A stretch of DNA of 64,000 bases, taken from Cyanophora paradoxa CCMP329 (lineage: Eukaryota; Plantae; Glaucophyta). This document shows positions 58,001-64,000 of the stretch, piece by piece (within the stretch, counting starts at the first letter, position 1; each line of letters begins with the position of its first letter). The stretch lies in assembly GCA_004431415.1 (NCBI GenBank), contig QPMI01000533.1:62001-126000 (forward strand), given 5' to 3'. The notes beneath the pieces are model-generated. The model was not told the origin of the DNA. It saw nothing but the letters and a program-made list of their open reading frames with translations, and made no database searches. Both the position numbers and the translations under genes were made by a program.

Positions 58001-61000
58001 GCTGGGCCTCTCGGCGGCGGTGCTGGACGCCATCGAGGCCCTCTTCGAGCGCGAGATCGACCACCTTGCCCGCGACGCCGGCGCGCCCGCGCCCCGCCGA
58101 ACCCGCGAGCCGCACCTTGTGAGCCGGCTCGCGCAGGCGTGCAGCCCGGCCCGGCGCCGCTGCTCTTCCGCGAGCCAACGCTCCTCGACCGCTTCCTCTT
58201 CGGCGACGGCGGCGGCGCGGAGGGCGACGCGCCCCTCGGCGCCGACCAGGCGCGCCTTGCACCTCTTCCGATCCTCCGGCCGCTAAGGGGCGGCAGGTGG
58301 TGCTGGTGCGGAGCGGGGCGGCGCGGGGCCGGCTGCCGGCGCGGCTGCAGCGGGCGATCGTGCTGACGGTGGAGGAGAGCAAGGGCCTCGAGTGGAGCGA
58401 CGTCCTCCTGTGTGCACTACCCGCCTCCGCCGCCTCCGCTGCCGCCAGCGCTCACGCCGTGCCACAGCTTTGACTTCTTCCGGGACTCGGCGCTGGCTGA
58501 CGGGCGCGCGTGGAAGGAGGCCGCCCGCGCCTGCCCCGACGCCGTCCGCGCCGGCGCCGCCGCGCGGCCGCCAAGGCGGCCGGGGGGCCGCCCCGCGGGC
58601 CTTCGAGGACCTCGAGGCCAGCGCCGACAAGAAGGGCAAACGCGCGGCGACGGCGGCGGCGGCGGGCGGCGCCGGCCGCGTGCTCGCCTCGGAGCTCAAG
58701 CACCTCTACACCGCCGTCTCCCGCGCCCGCACCAACGTCTGGTCCGCCTCCTGCCCGTGCAAGCTCCGCGGTCGACCCCGCCGAGGCCGGGCCGCAGGAT
58801 CCTGGAGGAGGACGAGGAGCGCGGCCGCCCGATGCTCGACCTCTTTGCCGCGGCCGGCGTCGCTCGGCTCTGGGGCAAGGAGGAGGAGCAGGAGAGCGAG
58901 GCAGCGGCGCAGCGCCCGCGGCCGCCGACGCAGGAGAGCAGCCCGGAAGAGTGGGTGCGGCCGCAGAGTCCACGGGTCGATATCGATTCCTCGCCGTACA
59001 CTGAGCTCCAGCCGTGCAGGCGGCGCGGGGCCGGGAGTACCTCGCGCGGGGCCTGTACGACGCGGCGGCGCGGGCCTTCGAGAACGCGCGCGACGCGAAG
59101 GGCGGCGAGCGCGCCCGCGCCCTCGGGGCCGTCGCCCGCGCCGCCGCCGTCGGTGCGCCTCTTCATTTTCCATGGCTGCCTGCTATGAGTCTTAAGCTTC
59201 TGACAAGCCGCAGCGGGGGAGAAGCCGCGGCAGAAGCTGTACCGGGAGGCGGCGGGCCTCTTCGCGGCAGCGGGCGAGGCGGTCAGCGCGGCGCGGTGCC
59301 TCTACAGCGCCGGCGACTTCGCGAAGGCGGCGGCGGCCTTCGAGAAGGAGGGCGAGCTGGCGCTCGCCGCCGAGGCGCACGAGGCCGGCGGCAACCCGGG
59401 CAGGGCCGCCGAGGTGGGCACGTGCACGTGCACCCGCGGCCGTGGCCGGCGAGCGGGGTCGCCTTTACAAATTTCGTTCCGGCTGACGCGGCGAGCATGC
59501 GCAGCTCTATGCAAAGCTTAATCGACCGCTCCGGATCCGCCGCAATCGACCGCTGCGGCAATCGACCGCTCCGGATCTTGCACCAACGATCTGTACTACA
59601 TCGACCGCTCCGGATCCGCCGCAATGGCGTCTACGTCCGCCCCGCAGGCCGGCGGCACGCGCATGGCTGGAGAGGGCGCGGCCCTTGCAATTGAAGGCGT
59701 TCGCAAGGACCGCGCCTACTTTGTGAGAAAGGTGCACGCAGCTGCTGTCGCCGGCTGAGTCTCCGTTGCGGTTGAGCCGCCCTTGCCCTGGCAGGCGGCC
59801 GGGGCGGCAGCGGACGCCGGGGACATCGCGGCCCTTGTCAACATCCTCGCCATCGGCGGCGACCCAAATCGGGCGAGCTTCGAGCTTGCGATCGGGCCGG
59901 GGTCGGCGGGCTTGCAATTGTTGCCACGCTCACGATTAGCGCAGGCAAGAGAACTGATTGTAGAGCGGGGTCTGTCGGAGTCCGTGCGCGAGGAGCTGGC
60001 ACGGCGGCAGCGGGACCCCAACATTAACATGAGCGCCATGGAGCACATGGGCGCGCGCCCTCTCCATTCGAATTGAATTCAGGTGCCTTGAATTCCCTGC
60101 CGCTCTGATCATCAGATTCTCGCGCAGATCTGATTGGGAGACTCGGATTGGGCGTCTCGGTGGGTGTTTCATTTTCCTGTCTTGCGAACCTTGGCCCGCC
60201 GCGGGCCGCTCAGCTAGATCATTTCTGCGGCAGCTCTCCCCGGACGCATCGCGTCCCAACCGTTTCAACACTTTTGAGGATATTGTGGTACGGGTTTCGT
60301 GACTTTGCACGCAAAACCCTGTATACTATGGTTTATCTTATAGGTGTGATTATGCATATCTAGATATAAGATGGAAGCTAGATATAATTGCAACTCCGCT
60401 GCAGGCGAAAATGAGGAAGCTCAAGGACGAACCGCAAGATCCCGAGGAGCTCGAGCGGGAGAAGTCGAAGAAGCTTAAGCGCAAGGAGGACCAGCAACTG
60501 CGCTTCTCGAAATCTGAGCTCTGCCGCCTTGCCGTCCGCCCCCGCCCCGCCGCCCCTTTAGATCTCTGCAGTGGCTAGCGCGCTGTCGGCAGCTGATTAT
60601 CAGATGGCGCTGCCTTCGAATTTGCATGCGCAGTTAGCTGCAGAGGCGGCGAACCGTCTCAAGTTTTGCAGCTACTGCCCCCGCGAGCTGCAGCCGAAAA
60701 GTGCCGCGGCCGTGGCCGAGCACAACGCTTCCGAATATCACGCGGTGCCATGAATCTGTTTAAATCCAAATCTCGATCTCCCTTTGTCTGAACGCCAGCC
60801 AATATTTATGCAGCAAAGTGTCCAAACCCGTGAGGACTATTACATAACCCTGTCTCATGGGCCCGAGGAGATGCTCCAGCGGTGCGCGTGCGCAGCTTGT
60901 AATTATATATAAGCTACTCCGCGGCTCGAATCTAGATATCGGTGTAGATTGGATTTCTGTTCCTCCGGTAGTGCACGTCAATTGCGCCCCTGGCCTGCCT

Positions 61001-63130
61001 TCTTAGATTCCCCCGCTGCGCTGCCGCGCGCACCGCCGAGACCGACGCGTCGGACAGCATGTCGCTTCAAGTGGACGCCCTTGGAAAGCTCGCGGGCCCC
61101 AATTGCAAGGGCGGCAGCCGGCCAGAGAACTGGAGGGCCCTTCTCAAGGCGCGCGCGCGCGCGCTTCGAATTCGAATTCGCACAGCGATGGAGCCTCGAT
61201 TGCTTACGGCCGCCTCGAGCTCATGATCACGCGGGGGCCTGGGCGGCCGCGCGCGCAGCACAAGAAGCGGCTGGAGCTCGACCGGAAGGAGCTCCGCGCC
61301 CTTGCAGACTTCGGCGCGTCGAAGCAGTGGGGCGCGGTGTGCATGCACGTATCCATCAATTTGTAATTACACGTGAACTGAGAGCGAGTGCGAACCAGGT
61401 CATTCTTGGCATTCTTCCAAATCAAACGAAGTGGCAGGAGGTGATCTGGAATCGGCGTAAATCGGCATTGATTCGCATTGACAATCGATGTGCAGGACAT
61501 CAAGGAGGGGGACCGGCTTGCGGGGCTGGAGCCGGCCAAGTGGGACGACAGCGGCGAGAACATCGTTGCTTTGCACGTGGTCCATCGCAGCCTCGGCTCA
61601 AGCGCCGGCGCAAAAAGCGCAAACTTTCGTGCTTATCAACAGGCAAATCGCAGGGGCCCAGTGGGGACGATCTGGTGGAGGCCCGAGACGAGATCGCCGA
61701 CTCCAGTTACCTGTTCGGCCCGCAGGCGAGAGTCGCCATATATGCATAAACTTAGTTCTGCTCTCTTGCGTTCTAACCGAGCGCACGGCATGCAGCCGGG
61801 CGCCCGGGCGCAGGCTGGCTACGGGGGTGCCCCAGCGCCGGCGCCGGGGGGGGAGACGGGTCCGGACCACATCATGGTCTACTCACGGGTCGTGTACGAG
61901 CTCGTGCGACCGGCCCCGCGCTGCCCCCGCCTAGGCCTGCGATGCAACAAATGTTTATCGATAACGATGCTTCGGACGGGCAGGCGGTGGAGTCCAAGAA
62001 GGCGGGGGAAAATGCGGGGTACGGGGACACGCAAGATCTCTGCGGGGTCTGCGAGTGGACGAATCTGCCGTCGCGCGACCCGGTGCGAATCCGTTGTCTC
62101 TCATATATATGAACATATGCGCACCGGTACCGTGGACGATGCCCGACATTGATGACTCTCGTTCTCTCACGCTAATATACGTATACAGGCCTCCATACTG
62201 AAGCACATGCAGTCTCCTTCGCACGTGGTGCGGTGCCGCGCGACGGTGCCGGTGTCCCATGCGCGGCGCCCTCTGATGCATAGGGGCGGCAGGAGCGGGT
62301 GCGCATCTACAACAGGTTTCTGAACGACGTCATCACTATCTGCGAGGACGTCCTCAATGCGTGCGTGCGCCGTTATTATCTAATACACGTGCCTCTCAGA
62401 TGCATTGATAAAACTCTCGGCTTCCTAATTACACACTTAAATTAACTCTGCGCACGCATGCGCAGCGTGGAAGAGAACGCGGGGGCGCTGTCGCGCGTCG
62501 AGGGAACGCTGTCCGACAAGGACCTCGACACGGTAATACCGGCCTGGCTCTTATGTTAATTTGTCTATAATTTAATTGCGGATGCGGTGCATGCGCGGCG
62601 CGTTCATACCATAGAAGAGCGCCGCCATCTGGCCAGTGGGAGGATTAATGTTTCTGGCGGTCGTTTCCTGCAGCTAGCGCTGATCATGAGCTGCGCGCGA
62701 GCATGCGCAGGCTCGCGACATGCTGGAGCGCATGAACAGCGCGCGCCAGCGCTTCACGACAGCGGTCGTCGCAGTCGGCTGCTACCGCGACTGGGAGGAA
62801 GGTTGCCGCTTCCTCGTGAAGTTCAGGGGCCAATGCGTGGATCTCGTCGAGGAGGCGGAGGAGCTGGCCGGCCTGCCGCGCCGCCGCTGGCGCCGCTGGC
62901 CCAACGGCCGCAGCGCCGTCTCGGACCTCGGGCCCCGCGCCTTCCGCGTCATCCAGCGCCTCGCCAAGTACCCCAATGTCGTCGATCTCGACCACTACCG
63001 CGAGCGGACCGCGCCGCCCCCGCCGCCCCCGCTCGTCTCCATTCGCGCCCCTTCGGCTCCGGGCTCGGATATCGATCCGCATCATGCAGCTGCAGCTAGC
63101 CCCGAAGCTGCGCATGCCCGCGAGTCGTGA
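55094..63130 (+). CDS. TRANK1-like protein: UvrD/SF1 helicase + TPR region + C-terminal CxxC...HxxSxxH zinc-finger-like repeats
   Basis: LLGRSGTGKTSC, WLEMLDGSL, AWTEIVSHI, ADEVQDLTQAEL, LAGDTAQT, NYRSKSGVL, TVEESKGLE, SELKHLYTAVSRAR and SSPEEW. Later FCSYC..HNASEYH and LCGVC..HMQSPSH. Exon structure after ~59.4 kb is uncertain; alternative ATG at 54998. Confidence 0.85.
59520..59625 (+). repeat. Short imperfect repeat, four copies of ATCGACCGCT(CCGGATC), in an intron
   Basis: Copies start at about 59521, 59545, 59561 and 59600. Confidence 0.8.
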
Positions 63131-63755
63131 ATCTTGTGATTTCGACTAGGATGACTGTGATTCGAGTGCGACTGGGCCGGCTCGGCGGCTCGCGATCGGC
63201 GGGCGAAGAGAGGGAGAGGGGACGGGGGGCCGGGGCGCCGAGGCTCAGTTTAAAGAGGAGGCGCTGGGCCACGTGCGCGGGAAGCTAAGGAAGCTCGCCT
63301 TCAGTTCGGGGGCGGGTTAAGATGAACAGATCATGATCATCGATATCCGATGATCGGGCCCGGCTAGCGCTGGGGCTGCGAAATACTATTAATGCTAGGC
63401 GAAAATATTAATAATGCTAGGAAGACAGGAAGGGGAGGGGGCGGCTTGAGCATGCGGGGGGCTTTCTTTTTGGTGAATTACCGGCCACAGCCTCGTAGAG
63501 ACACCAGCACTGCGGGGGCTGCCCAGGGGGCATATGGGGGGCACCTGACGAGCGGAAAGAAATATAATATATATATATATAAATGGGGAGACATTGAATT
63601 TCCGCATCACGTGTTAGGCCTGTAGCTAACTCCTGATCGTCACGCAGGTCTAGATCTGCGGCCTCTCAGAGTTTAACTAATCGCTAACTACAATCGCGGC
63701 AAGCTAGGCAAGCTACTGCTTACTGAGTCCACTGCTTACTGCCACTGCCGCTGCT

Positions 63756-63792
63756 TACACGAACACGAACGAACACGAACGACACGAACACG
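63756..63792 (+). repeat. (ACACGA)n-like microsatellite
   Basis: Visible as acacgaacacgaacgaacacgaacgacacgaacac. Confidence 0.75.
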
Positions 63793-64000
63793 CATTATGC
63801 TGTGCGCCTGGTAATCATATATATCTAGTATATCGAGCAACGCAAGAATTGAACGTCGGAGACTGCGCATGCCCTGGTCTAAAAGGTGTCTGCAGAGAAG
63901 AATAAAAAAGCCTAGGTAGAAACCGTGAACCGTATCAGTTCCCAACTAGTACTAGTACTGAGCTGCACTGGATTATCTAAGATACGAAAATCGAAATGTC

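Noticed and set aside
59520-59625. CRISPR-like repeat/spacer pattern
   Set aside because: The repeats are only 10-25 bp with irregular spacing, lie in a eukaryotic intron, and have no cas genes nearby.
1-64000. tRNA, rRNA or snRNA genes
   Set aside because: None recognisable by eye; tRNAscan-SE or Infernal would be needed to exclude them.

Overview
GC-rich eukaryotic nuclear DNA with many short spliceosomal introns, a large share of them GC-AG. The style suggests an alga or protist, tentatively a glaucophyte such as Cyanophora; this is unverified. Most ORFs in the supplied track are exon fragments or GC-shadow frames, so I rebuilt gene models by hand and exon boundaries are approximate. The flanks carry recognisable genes: NAD kinase (3' part), a PAQR-family protein, CDC73, a WD40 protein, mitochondrial FAD glycerol-3-phosphate dehydrogenase, a calcineurin-B-like protein, an unknown protein, AP-3 beta, and a TRANK1-like UvrD helicase. 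Between about 7.2 and 38.5 kb lies an accessory block that is the main candidate for a novel system. It holds two paralogous head-to-head gene pairs. Each pair has an IFI44-like P-loop GTPase gene on the + strand and a partner on the - strand carrying a shared alpha/beta (TIR/flavodoxin-like) domain. Different accessory domains are fused on: PIN/NYN-like nuclease, F-box, jacalin-like, beta-helix and CBM48. The pairs enclose an ~18-kb tandem array of five chimeric orphan-gene units containing fragments copied from CDC73 and from the IFI44-like gene. Comparing duplicated copies also shows a recurrent insertion pattern, XYZ -> XYZ-revcomp(XYZ)-XYZ, that builds chains of short palindromes. A separate CG->TG->TA decay signature (CTAG, GTACCCC) marks distal gene bodies. 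Domain assignments come from motif recognition by eye; no database search was run.
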